Source: Longimicrobiales bacterium
GTDB taxonomy: Bacteria; Gemmatimonadota; Gemmatimonadetes; Longimicrobiales; Gaopeijiaceae
Length of the DNA stretch: 64,000 nt
Assembly (NCBI GenBank): GCA_028279425.1
Contig: JANQNV010000132.1
Location: 19,015 to 83,014, forward strand
Reading direction: 5' to 3'
In this document: positions 10,242-19,102 of the stretch, one piece after another
How the letters are laid out: each line of letters begins with the position of its first letter
How positions within the stretch are numbered: the first letter of the stretch is position 1
Notes under the pieces: generated by a model
The model's input: only the letters and a program-made list of their open reading frames with translations
What the model was told of the DNA's origin: nothing
Databases searched by the model: none
Translations under genes and position numbers: made by a program

Positions 10242-11362
10242 TGCGGCGCGTGTGGGGCCTCGGGGCATTGTGCGTGGCCGCGGCCGCTTTCTCGCCCGCG
10301 TCGGCCTCCGCCCAGTCGCGGCTGGACCTGGTCGTCACGGCGGGGGTGTCAGGCGAGAACTACGACGGAAACCTCGCCAGCGTCACCGTGCCCGTGGTCG
10401 ATTCGGCCAACGACGTGGGGGCCGCGGTCGGTGAGTTCGGGCTGCGCGCACGCTGGAATCTGCTCACCCGAACGAATTCGAGCCTCACGGCTTCGTTCGA
10501 CCTCGGCATGCGACAGTTCCTCGCATCCGGCTTCGAGATCCGCGACTACTCACCGCGCGAGCGCTCCGGCCGACTCGACCTGCAGTTCTTCCAGCGCATC
10601 CCGACGGTGGGGGTGCTCAGCCTGATCGGCGAGGCGCGGGGGCGCGGGATCGACGACCGGCCACCGATGCCGCTGTTCCTTCTGCCGGGGTATTCGCGCT
10701 ACCAGGGTACGGCGCAGTTCACATTTCTACCGATCGACGGGGTCACCTTCGACATTGCGGCGACGGGCGAAACCTCCGACTTTCGCGCGCCCGACGGGAT
10801 TGCCCAGATCAATCTGCTCGACCGCGATTCCCGGGCCCTCGAGGTCGGCGCGTCGTGGGGTGAGGACTGGCGCGTGCGGTTCTTCGGATCGCTGCTCTTC
10901 AGCGAATACCCCGAGCAGGCCAGCTTCGACCCGACCGACCCCTATCGCCGCGACCGCGCGGTCACCCTGGGCGGTGAGTGGCGCTACGAGTCGTCGTTCC
11001 GCGCCGAAGTCGGGGTCGAGGGGATCGTGAATCGTTCCAACTCTCGGCGGCCCGAGTACGACGCCTTCAGCGGTCGGGCTCTTCTGGGCATTCCCCTGCC
11101 CTGGTGGGATATGGGGGTCAACCTCTTCGCCGTCGTCACCGGCAAGAGCTACGTATCGCGCACGCCCTTCGCGCGCCTGGTGCCGGGCGAAGAGGCCGAC
11201 AACGCCTCGGTGGTCTACCTCGACGTGAACCGTCCGCTCGCGCCCAACCTCGACGCCTCGGTGCGCTTCGGCTTCAGCCGGGGTGAGACCGACATCGGCG
11301 ATGCCTATGTGCAGCGGTACGGGATGAGCTTCTTCCTGAACTACCGGCCGTATCTGCGCTGA
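10226..11362 (+). CDS. Putative outer-membrane beta-barrel protein
   Basis: Signal peptide (ASASA-Q), alternating amphipathic strands, aromatic C-terminal strand (MSFFLNYRPY). Confidence 0.7.
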   Translation: MDRLMMRRVWGLGALCVAAAAFSPASASAQSRLDLVVTAGVSGENYDGNLASVTVPVVDSANDVGAAVGEFGLRARWNLLTRTNSSLTASFDLGMRQFLASGFEIRDYSPRERSGRLDLQFFQRIPTVGVLSLIGEARGRGIDDRPPMPLFLLPGYSRYQGTAQFTFLPIDGVTFDIAATGETSDFRAPDGIAQINLLDRDSRALEVGASWGEDWRVRFFGSLLFSEYPEQASFDPTDPYRRDRAVTLGGEWRYESSFRAEVGVEGIVNRSNSRRPEYDAFSGRALLGIPLPWWDMGVNLFAVVTGKSYVSRTPFARLVPGEEADNASVVYLDVNRPLAPNLDASVRFGFSRGETDIGDAYVQRYGMSFFLNYRPYLR

Positions 11363-11433
11363 CGCCGGTCAGCCGACCGCAGGCTCAGCCCGACTTCGAC
11401 CCACCTGAGCGGCGGCACCGACCCGTGCGCGGC

Positions 11434-12180
11434 TCAGCCCGACTCCGTCGCGCCGACCCCGTCGCGAAGGCCCGCCACGGCCCATGCGAGCCACGTCTCG
11501 TCGTGCGAAATCGACACCCCCACCGTGCGGACCAGTTCGCTGTCGACGACCAGGTAGGGGGGACGCCGACCTGTCGGGCCGGGTGGGCAGATCAGCTCGG
11601 TTCGGCTTTGGGGCACCTCCAGAAACGAGGCGGCCTCGCGCCGCGCGGCCATGCGCACGAGAGCCGAGGGTAGCGCCCGCACCGCATCCACCTCCCGCGA
11701 CGAAAACGATCCTGCGCGCAGCTGCTCGAGGCTCGCGCCATCGGCCCCTCGGTGGAGCGCCTCGATCGTGCCGGCCCCCCACACGAGCGGAGCGGGGTCC
11801 TCGACCATCCCCAGCCGCCCCAACGGTACCGTCACGGCCACCAGCCTACGCCCTGTGTGGTTGAGGGTGAGCCGCAGGGCGTGTTCACCGTAGTCGACCC
11901 GCCCCGCTTCCAGATCGACTCGGAAGGCCGCATGGACGAAGACGGGTGGCGCGGCGCGTAGCAGGGTGACGCTCTTGAAGGCGGCCTCCTTTGCCGCCCA
12001 GTAGCTCCAGAACACCGTCGCGGGGTCGGGGCTCGCCGTCACGTGCGCCCGTTCGTCGTCGGTCAGCACACGATCGACGGTGCGGGGTCTGGGCAGTCCG
12101 CGCAGCGCTCGGGGGCTGGCCAGATCGACCACATCGATGCCCACGGATGCCTGCGGGAGAAGGGGCGCCGGCTCGATCAT
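11434..12180 (-). CDS. 4'-phosphopantetheinyl transferase (AcpS/Sfp superfamily)
   Basis: VGIDVVD, WAAKEAAFKS and SISH motifs. Confidence 0.88.
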   Translation of the reverse strand: MIEPAPLLPQASVGIDVVDLASPRALRGLPRPRTVDRVLTDDERAHVTASPDPATVFWSYWAAKEAAFKSVTLLRAAPPVFVHAAFRVDLEAGRVDYGEHALRLTLNHTGRRLVAVTVPLGRLGMVEDPAPLVWGAGTIEALHRGADGASLEQLRAGSFSSREVDAVRALPSALVRMAARREAASFLEVPQSRTELICPPGPTGRRPPYLVVDSELVRTVGVSISHDETWLAWAVAGLRDGVGATESG

Positions 12181-12214
12181 CGGGCCGCGCAGCTCATCGC
12201 CTGCGTCCGACCGT

Positions 12215-12619
12215 TCAGGGGGGCGCCACGCCCATGGCGGCGCGCACGTCGTCGGGGATGCGCGTGGGCCGGCCGTTGGTGCCGATCCAGACGATCACCA
12301 CCCGGGCGCGCGCGAAGGCCGATGCGGGGTCCTCGGGATCCGACGCCGTTTGCTCGAGCGTCATCGACGAGTTCCGGACCTCGGCAGGCATGGTGACGAT
12401 CCGCATCGTCTGATCGAGCCGCGCCTCGCGGAGGTAGTCCACCTCGACCCGAACCACATGGATGCCGACCCCACTCGCGAGCAGCACCTCGGGGGGGAAG
12501 CCGGCCGCCCTCAGCGTCTCGAAGCGGGCGTACTCGAAGTGGTTGAGAAAGGTGGCGTGGTTGAGGTGCCCGAAGCCGTCGAGCTCGTAGCTCCGCACCG
12601 TGACCTCGGTGGTATGCAT
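12215..12619 (-). CDS. Acyl-CoA/ACP thioesterase, hot-dog fold (YbgC/4HBT family)
   Basis: VRSYELDGFGHLNHATFLNHFEYAR, VDYLREA; start at ATG 12619. Confidence 0.9.
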   Translation of the reverse strand: MHTTEVTVRSYELDGFGHLNHATFLNHFEYARFETLRAAGFPPEVLLASGVGIHVVRVEVDYLREARLDQTMRIVTMPAEVRNSSMTLEQTASDPEDPASAFARARVVIVWIGTNGRPTRIPDDVRAAMGVAPP

Positions 12620-12623
12620 CGGC

Positions 12624-13631
12624 CTAGCTTCCCAGCACCTCGAGCGCCCCGGGCAGGATCTCGACCGAGAGCTCGGTGCCCTCGATCGCGAAGACGTCGC
12701 CGTCGGCCTCGAAGCGTACCGGTCGGTCGAAGTGAGCGGTGAAGCTCGCCCCGTCGACGATGTGTACCTCGTCGGAGTCGACGTGGCGTCCCTTGCCCGC
12801 GTCACCGAAGAGCTTCATGCGGCGGAGGGGGGCCGCATCCCGAATCATGCAGGCGTGCAGCAGCCCGTCTTCTACCTCGGCCTTCGGCGCGATCGGAAAG
12901 CCGCCGCCGAAGAACGGCGAGTTGCTGATCGTCACCATCAGATGGCGACCCTCGCCCGCCTTCCCCGCGGGGCCTTCGATCTCCACCTCGATGCCCGGAA
13001 AACGAAACAGCTGCTGGAGGGCGGTGATCTTGTAGAGCGCCTCGCCCTTGAGGAACCGGGCCCCGGCAGCCGCATCGATCACGGCGATGTCGAAGCCGAA
13101 CCCCACGAGGTTGAGGAAGTGGCGCACGCGCGAACCTGCGGTCGGCGTCGATGCCTTGCCCGGCTCGGCGGGGGCGCTGGGGGTCAGGATCCGGCCTGCG
13201 TCGATCCGGCGCGTCTCTCCCGAGGCGAGAGCTCGGACGGCCGAGGCGGGATCGTCGAAGCGAAGGCCGAGGCTGCGACCGAAGTCGTTGCCGGTACCCG
13301 AGGGCAGCAGGCCCAACCGGAGGCCCGGCTCACCCGAGGCGAGAATCCGGTCGGCCACATGGCTCCAGGTGCCGTCGCCGCCCACCGCCACCAGCGTGTC
13401 GTAGCCCGCCGCGATCGCCTCGTCGACCAGGCGGTACTCGTCGCCGGGGCGCTGGGTCACGCCGTGGTCGAAGCCGGGAACGTGCTGCTGGAGGAGTTCG
13501 AGGTAGGCGGCCTGCCTCTTCCGGCCGCGACCGCGACCGGAGGCGGGGTTGAAGATGACGTAGACCCGCCGGTCGGAGCCGCTCAGATCGACTCCATCTC
13601 CTCGAACGTCTGCACGCCGGCCCGATACCAC
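12624..13631 (-). CDS. Diacylglycerol/sphingosine/ceramide kinase family protein (YegS/DgkB-like); start uncertain, possibly CTG at 13586
   Basis: NPASGRG, VGGDGT, LPSGTGNDF, NSPFFGGG, DGLL, EADGD. Confidence 0.92.
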   Translation of the reverse strand: MVSGRRADVRGDGVDLSGSDRRVYVIFNPASGRGRGRKRQAAYLELLQQHVPGFDHGVTQRPGDEYRLVDEAIAAGYDTLVAVGGDGTWSHVADRILASGEPGLRLGLLPSGTGNDFGRSLGLRFDDPASAVRALASGETRRIDAGRILTPSAPAEPGKASTPTAGSRVRHFLNLVGFGFDIAVIDAAAGARFLKGEALYKITALQQLFRFPGIEVEIEGPAGKAGEGRHLMVTISNSPFFGGGFPIAPKAEVEDGLLHACMIRDAAPLRRMKLFGDAGKGRHVDSDEVHIVDGASFTAHFDRPVRFEADGDVFAIEGTELSVEILPGALEVLGS

Positions 13632-14260
13632 TCCTCGCGGATCGGGTAGGTCGAGACCTCGTCGATCGTGAGGCCCGACGTCATCTCGTGCTCGTGCAGG
13701 ATCAACTCGCCGTTCTCCTCATCGTGCTCCGAGTGGGGAGCATCCATGAAGATGTTCACCTTGAAGCGCTCGTCACCCTCGACCGTGAAGCAGTGGTACG
13801 GATTCACGGTCGGATTGAAGCGATGCTCGGTCACCGTCAGCTCCACGATCGGCTGCTCGCCTTCGCTGACCACCACCTTCATGGTGCCGTCGGTCTCCTG
13901 GAAGTCGAAGTCCAGGTCGGCCATGTAGTGGGGCAGGTGCCAGCGCTCGATGGCATGCGTGCGCGACGCGGCCGTGCTCGTGGCCACCATGAAGGGGTAG
14001 AAGGCCGCCTTGGGCAGCTGCTTGCCCGCCTCCACACGCGGGGGTGTGATGATCGCCATCACCAACTCGTCGTAGGCGCCGACCTCGCTTTCGGTGAACT
14101 GGAAGGCGAGCACGGCGAGCACGCTGCGGGTGTGCATCGCCTCCATCGGCTCGAGGTGCGCCGGGAGCAGCTTGCGGGCGTCGGTGGTGGCCATCTCGAA
14201 GAAGGCGCCCACGCAGTTCTCGAAGCCGTACTTGGTGAAGACCATTCGGTGCGGAGTCAT
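13583..14260 (-). CDS. Acetoacetate-decarboxylase-like fold protein, apparently lacking the catalytic Lys
   Basis: ARKLLPAHLEP, SEVGAYDEL, and AIERWHLPH in place of GxExWGxPK; start ATG 14260. Confidence 0.65.
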   Translation of the reverse strand: MTPHRMVFTKYGFENCVGAFFEMATTDARKLLPAHLEPMEAMHTRSVLAVLAFQFTESEVGAYDELVMAIITPPRVEAGKQLPKAAFYPFMVATSTAASRTHAIERWHLPHYMADLDFDFQETDGTMKVVVSEGEQPIVELTVTEHRFNPTVNPYHCFTVEGDERFKVNIFMDAPHSEHDEENGELILHEHEMTSGLTIDEVSTYPIREEWYRAGVQTFEEMESI

Positions 14261-14283
14261 GATGGGGGAGAGCGTCGACGGGC

Positions 14284-15645
14284 TCAGATGATCCCGTTGC
14301 GCTTCAGGACGTCGATGATGATCTGGGCACCCTCGTCGAGCTGCTCGCGCGTGTGCGCGGCAGAGATCGACATGCGGAAGCGCGACTTGTGCTTGCCGAC
14401 CGCGGGGTAGGTGACGGGGTTGATGAACACCCCACCGCGGAACAGCTCCTCGCCGATGCCGAACATCTTGGCGTCGTTGCGCACCATGATCGGGATCACC
14501 TGCGACTCGGAGTCGCCCACGTCGACGCCGGCGCTGCGCAGGCGATTCTGCATGAAGTCGACGTTCTGCCACAGCTGCTGACGCAGTTCGGGCTCGTCGC
14601 TCGCCAGCTGCAGCGCCCGCAGGATCCCGGCCACGACGGTCGGGGCGAGGGCGCACGAGAAGAAGCGCGAGCGCGAGAAGCCGCGCAGGTAGTCGATCAG
14701 CTTCTGCGAGCCGGCCACGAAGCCGCCCTGGCCTCCGAGGCTCTTCGAGAAGGTGCCGATGTGGATGTCGACTTCGTCGTCGAGGCCGAAGTGCTCGGCC
14801 ACGCCGCGGCCGTTTTCGCCGAACACGAAGGTCGAGTGCGCCTCGTCGATCAGAACGCGCGCATTGTGCTTGCGCGCCACCTCGATGATGTCGGGCAGCA
14901 CCGAGATGTCGCCGTCCATCGAGTAGACGCCTTCGACGATCACGAGCTTCTTGCCCTCGAAGCCTTTGAGCTTGCGATCGAGGTCGTCGGGGCGGTTGTG
15001 CCGGAAGAAGCGACTCTTGGCCTTCGACAGAATCATGCCGTCGACGATCGAGGCGTGGGCGAACTGGTCGGCCACGATGAGGTCGCCCGAGCGCATGAGG
15101 CCCGCGATCACCCCGACGTTGGCGCTGTAGCCCGTCGGGAAGATCATCGCCGCTTCCTTGCCCTTGAAGGTGGCGAGCTCGGTGGCCAGCTGGCGGTGCA
15201 GATCGGTCGTGCCCGACAGGATCGGCGAGCCCGACGAGCCGCCTCCGTAGATGTCGACCGCGTCTTTGATCGCCTGCTTCACCTCGGGCCGGTACGACAG
15301 GCCGAGATAGTTGTACGAGGCGAAGTTGATCAGCCCTTCGCGCAGCTCGTGGGTCTTCGTGTCGTGCACGTCGACCCGCGTGGCCGGGGCCGAGTGCATC
15401 GGGAGCTCGTACTGGTAGTAGCCGAGCGGATGCACCTCTTCCCACCACGAGGCGAACGGCTCCAGGAGCGCGAACGGGTCCTCGCCCGAGCCGAAGTAGA
15501 AATTCGTGTAGTCGTAGTCGAGTGCATCGACGTTACGCGACACGCGCTCGTCGTCGGACTCGCGGATGCGGTTGGCACCGGTGGACACACGCGTCTCCTC
15601 CGTAGAGGTTCCGGCCGTCGCTTGAAGTTCGCTGTGATCAGCCAT
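14284..15645 (-). CDS. PLP-dependent alpha-oxoamine synthase, serine palmitoyltransferase-like
   Basis: NFASYNYLGL, TGYSANVG, HASIVDG, EGVYSMDGD, DEAHS, GTFSKS; DEAHS/TFSKS plus lipid neighbours favour SPT over BioF. Confidence 0.8.
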   Translation of the reverse strand: MADHSELQATAGTSTEETRVSTGANRIRESDDERVSRNVDALDYDYTNFYFGSGEDPFALLEPFASWWEEVHPLGYYQYELPMHSAPATRVDVHDTKTHELREGLINFASYNYLGLSYRPEVKQAIKDAVDIYGGGSSGSPILSGTTDLHRQLATELATFKGKEAAMIFPTGYSANVGVIAGLMRSGDLIVADQFAHASIVDGMILSKAKSRFFRHNRPDDLDRKLKGFEGKKLVIVEGVYSMDGDISVLPDIIEVARKHNARVLIDEAHSTFVFGENGRGVAEHFGLDDEVDIHIGTFSKSLGGQGGFVAGSQKLIDYLRGFSRSRFFSCALAPTVVAGILRALQLASDEPELRQQLWQNVDFMQNRLRSAGVDVGDSESQVIPIMVRNDAKMFGIGEELFRGGVFINPVTYPAVGKHKSRFRMSISAAHTREQLDEGAQIIIDVLKRNGII

Positions 15646-15666
15646 TAGCCTTCGCTCGATCTTGCG

Positions 15667-16587
15667 TTGGACGAGCGCGCCGAATCAGTCGGCCGCCCGC
15701 ACCGAATCTGGAGATCCGGTTTGAAACTACGCGGAATACTCACGATTGCCGCCGCAGGTTCGGCTCTCCTCATCGGAGAGGTGATCCAGCGAACGCTCAT
15801 CGTGGCGTCCGTTGTACTCTTTCCGTCCCGGCGACACCGGATTCTCTCGGCGTGGCAACAGCTTCTCGCGCGCATCATGCTCGGGTCGTCCCGGCTGTTC
15901 GGAGGAGCCCACCAACGCGAGATCCCCCACATTCCGGGCGGCCCGGGGACGCTGGTTCTCATGAACCACCAGTCCGTCATGGACATCCCGCTCGTCGTCC
16001 GAGCGTTGAAGCACACCTACCCCCGAATCGTCACGAGGGTGCGCTATGCCCACGGCAAGCCACTAATCTCACACATGATTCGGCTGTATCAATACCCCAC
16101 GGTGGATCCCGGGGCAACCGGCCGGACGGGGCTCGACGATCTCCGTAAACAAACGGCGTCGGGTGATGTGCCGGTCGTCATCTTCCCCGAGGGAACGCGC
16201 ACCCGCGACGGCGAGCTGGGCAAGTTTCGTCGCATGGGACTGCGCGCCATCCTGGGCGGCCGCTCGTGGCAGGTCTGGCTGGTGGCGGTGGACGGCTGGT
16301 GGGAGGCGGCGAAGCTCACCGACTTCCTCGACAACGTGTCGAAGGTGGAGGGCCACATGGCGGCCGTAGGTCCATTCACCTCGCCCGAGCCGGGCGAGTC
16401 GGTCGGGGCCTTCATCGCCGACATGGAACGCCGCCTGGGCGCCCTCTTCGACGACGTGCGGTCGGGCGCGATCCCCAGCGGGCGGGTGACGAGGCTGGGG
16501 CCGGGTAATGTGGATGACATCGACGTGGGGTCGTTGGGGGAGGCTGAGGCGGTGGTCGAGGGTCCGGGCGCGGGCCCGGCCGAATGA
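15667..16587 (+). CDS. PlsC-family (lysophospholipid) acyltransferase; start may be TTG 15721
   Basis: NHQSVMD (HX4D) and IFPEGTRT motifs. Confidence 0.9.
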   Translation: MDERAESVGRPHRIWRSGLKLRGILTIAAAGSALLIGEVIQRTLIVASVVLFPSRRHRILSAWQQLLARIMLGSSRLFGGAHQREIPHIPGGPGTLVLMNHQSVMDIPLVVRALKHTYPRIVTRVRYAHGKPLISHMIRLYQYPTVDPGATGRTGLDDLRKQTASGDVPVVIFPEGTRTRDGELGKFRRMGLRAILGGRSWQVWLVAVDGWWEAAKLTDFLDNVSKVEGHMAAVGPFTSPEPGESVGAFIADMERRLGALFDDVRSGAIPSGRVTRLGPGNVDDIDVGSLGEAEAVVEGPGAGPAE

Positions 16588-17648
16588 CCGGCAGCTCCTT
16601 CGACCCGTCCGACTACCAGGGACCCGAGCCGGCGCGACCGATCGTTCGGGCGCTGGTCGAGGCGGGCGGCGGCACGATTCGCTCCATCGTCTTGTTCGGC
16701 TCGCAGTTCGTGCGCGCCACGCCGAATGCCCACAGCGCATGGGACTTCGTGGTGGTGGTCGATCGCTACGCCCCCTTTCACCGGGCGCTCGTCGATGCGG
16801 GTCATCACCGGCGGCCCGCCTGGCTGCTGTCGGCCTTCGCCCGCGTGCTCGCGCCCAACATCACCGCGTTCGACCCCGGAGGCGGCGCGCCCCTGGCCAA
16901 GTGCGCCATCGTCTCGTCGGTGCACTTCGAGCGGGCGCTCGCTCCCAACTCGCCCGACCACTTCCTGAAGGGTCGCATGGTGCAGCAGGTGGGCGTGGTC
17001 TGGCATCGCAGTCCAGAAGACGGCAACTGGACGCGGGAGCGGTTGGCCGCGGCGCGCGACGATGTGCTCGATTGGGCGGGTCCCGCCTTCGACGCCCCCT
17101 TCACCCCGGCCGAATACGCGCACGGGTTCTTGCGGGTGTCGTACGGGGGTGAGGTGCGCCCCGAGAGTGCCGGCCGGGTCGACGCCGTATTCGAAGCCCA
17201 GCGGCCCTACCTCGCCGAGGCGTACACCGAGGTGCTGGCGCGGGCCGAGGCTGCGGGGCGGGTGACGCGGGTGGCGGGCGCCGAGGTCGATGCTCCCGAG
17301 GGAGGCGATGCGGCGCCGCGCTACACCATCACTCCCGTTCCGAGCGACCGCGATCGCGGCCGCCAGCGGCGCTACTTCCGGCGCTCGAAGGTGCGAGCCA
17401 TCCTGCGGTGGCCCAAACACATCGTGACCTTCAACGATTGGCTCACCTACATCCAGCGCAAGGTCGAGCGTCGCACGGGTCAGGCCATCGAGATCACCCC
17501 GTGGGAGCGGCGGCTCCCGCTGCTGCTGCTCTGGCCGAAGGTGTTCCGGGTGCTGGCGCTGCGGCGGGCGTCGCCTACGCGCGAACGACTCGAGGCGGGC
17601 GAGAGTCTGGAGCCACCCGCCACCGAGCGGCTGGAGCGGGGCCGGTGA
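16584..17648 (+). CDS. Tam41/Mmp37-like nucleotidyltransferase
   Basis: LFGS..DFVVVVD NTase core; FLKGRMVQQV and SYGGEVRPE resemble the Tam41 GRLQKPV and SYxGDxR motifs. Confidence 0.7.
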   Translation: MTGSSFDPSDYQGPEPARPIVRALVEAGGGTIRSIVLFGSQFVRATPNAHSAWDFVVVVDRYAPFHRALVDAGHHRRPAWLLSAFARVLAPNITAFDPGGGAPLAKCAIVSSVHFERALAPNSPDHFLKGRMVQQVGVVWHRSPEDGNWTRERLAAARDDVLDWAGPAFDAPFTPAEYAHGFLRVSYGGEVRPESAGRVDAVFEAQRPYLAEAYTEVLARAEAAGRVTRVAGAEVDAPEGGDAAPRYTITPVPSDRDRGRQRRYFRRSKVRAILRWPKHIVTFNDWLTYIQRKVERRTGQAIEITPWERRLPLLLLWPKVFRVLALRRASPTRERLEAGESLEPPATERLERGR

Positions 17649-18397
17649 GGGCAGATCTCGCAACGCTGCTCGGCATTCTGGGCTTCGCCTTGCTGACCAT
17701 GCCGATCTACGCGCGATCGGCCGCCCGCCGCACCCCCGACGCGCTCGAGTCGTCGGCCCGGGGCGACTTCGTGCTCGGCAGCTTCGTGCGCGAGTGGTTC
17801 TACTGGTTCATCCGACCGGTCGAGCGGGCCTCGCTCGCGGTGGGGCTCTCGCCCCTCTTCTACAACCTCGCGGGCGCCCTGCTGGGCATCCTGTCGGGGG
17901 TGGCCTTCGCGGCGGGGATGATGGTGGCGGGGGGCTGGCTGATTCTGGGCGGCGGAGCGGCCGACGTGCTCGACGGACGGATCGCGCGCGCGAGGGGGAT
18001 CGCCTCGCGCCGCGGCGCGTTCCTCGACAGCACGTTGGACCGCTTCGCCGAGTTCGGTGCGTTCGTGGGCCTCGCGGTCTGGTTCCGCGACGACGTCGTG
18101 GCGCTCACCCTCACCGTGGTGGCGCTCGGTGGCTCGCTCCTCGTCAGCTACGCCCGCGCGCGAGGGGAGAGCGTCGGCATCGTCTGCAAGGTGGGGGTGC
18201 TGCAGCGGGCCGAGCGGCTTCTCCTGCTCGGCTTCGGCGGCCTGTTCGATCCCGCGGTCACGCGGGCGCTCGGCCAGAGCGAGCCCGGTGGGCTGATCTA
18301 CCCTGTGGTCGGGCTGATCGCGGTGGGCACGGTGGCGACGGCGATCTACCGGATCGTGTGGATCGCGAAGCGGCTGCCGCTGATCGACGAGGAGTAG
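17645..18397 (+). CDS. CDP-alcohol phosphatidyltransferase
   Basis: DVLDGRIARARG...GAFLDSTLD signature, VSYARARGE, QRAERL; GTG start overlaps the upstream stop. Confidence 0.93.
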   Translation: MRADLATLLGILGFALLTMPIYARSAARRTPDALESSARGDFVLGSFVREWFYWFIRPVERASLAVGLSPLFYNLAGALLGILSGVAFAAGMMVAGGWLILGGGAADVLDGRIARARGIASRRGAFLDSTLDRFAEFGAFVGLAVWFRDDVVALTLTVVALGGSLLVSYARARGESVGIVCKVGVLQRAERLLLLGFGGLFDPAVTRALGQSEPGGLIYPVVGLIAVGTVATAIYRIVWIAKRLPLIDEE

Positions 18398-18430
18398 CTC
18401 ACCGCTGGAACGCGAGCGCTCCGTCGACCT

Positions 18431-19102
18431 CTAGTTCAGCTGGCGCTGGAAGTGGGGTCCCGCGAACGACTGCCATTCCCTCATCCCGTCGGAGTTCAGC
18501 ATCTTCTCGCCGGGCACGAAGACGGCCTTCGGGAAGATGAGGAGCGGGTTCTTGGCCACGAGGATGTCGGGGCCCGAGGTATGCACGAGCTTGTCGCGGC
18601 GGGGATTCGCGATCTTGCCCGTCGTCGCCGAGAAGATCGTCACCTCGATCACGACGCCCTCCGGGTCCTCACCATTGCTGATGGCATACCCCTCCGCCCG
18701 CTCATGGAGGGGTGCCCGGTAGAAGTAGGCTCCCTTTCCCCGCATGGTCTGGCTGGCGAGGTTGAAGCCCCCCGTCACGATGAGGCCCGCGATGCGGGAG
18801 CTCATGGTCCCGTGATACGCCGTCATCGGGAAGAACGACTCGCCCTCCTTACGGGTGTGAGGCGACTGGTTTCGGGCATACCGCCGCTGTAACGCGCTCT
18901 TCAGGATCTGGGCTGCGGGCGACAGCTTCACGTGCCGACCCGACAGCGCCCCACCCGCGAAGAGTGAGCGACGAACGTCGGCGTCGAAGTACTTGGCGAG
19001 GTACTGATTCTCGGGGACCCCGTTTTCGGCGAAGATGTGATCGATGAGGGCATCGGCGTCGGCGATCGTCTTCAGGTTGGACACGAGCTGCTTGAGCGCC
19101 AT
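18431..19102 (-). CDS. PARP-like (H-Y-type) ADP-ribosyltransferase domain protein
   Basis: AYHGT..I...GF...GKGAYF...AEGYA...DILVAKNPLLIFP; GGAG RBS upstream of ATG 19102. Confidence 0.6.
   Translation of the reverse strand: MALKQLVSNLKTIADADALIDHIFAENGVPENQYLAKYFDADVRRSLFAGGALSGRHVKLSPAAQILKSALQRRYARNQSPHTRKEGESFFPMTAYHGTMSSRIAGLIVTGGFNLASQTMRGKGAYFYRAPLHERAEGYAISNGEDPEGVVIEVTIFSATTGKIANPRRDKLVHTSGPDILVAKNPLLIFPKAVFVPGEKMLNSDGMREWQSFAGPHFQRQLN

Noticed and set aside
11382-11444. 14-bp direct repeat GGCTCAGCCCGACT at the PPTase 3' end
   Set aside because: Only two short copies; probably a local micro-duplication.
14284-15645. Annotation as bioF (biotin synthesis)
   Set aside because: No other bio genes nearby; DEAHS/GTFSKS motifs and lipid neighbours favour SPT-like, though phylogeny is needed to exclude it.
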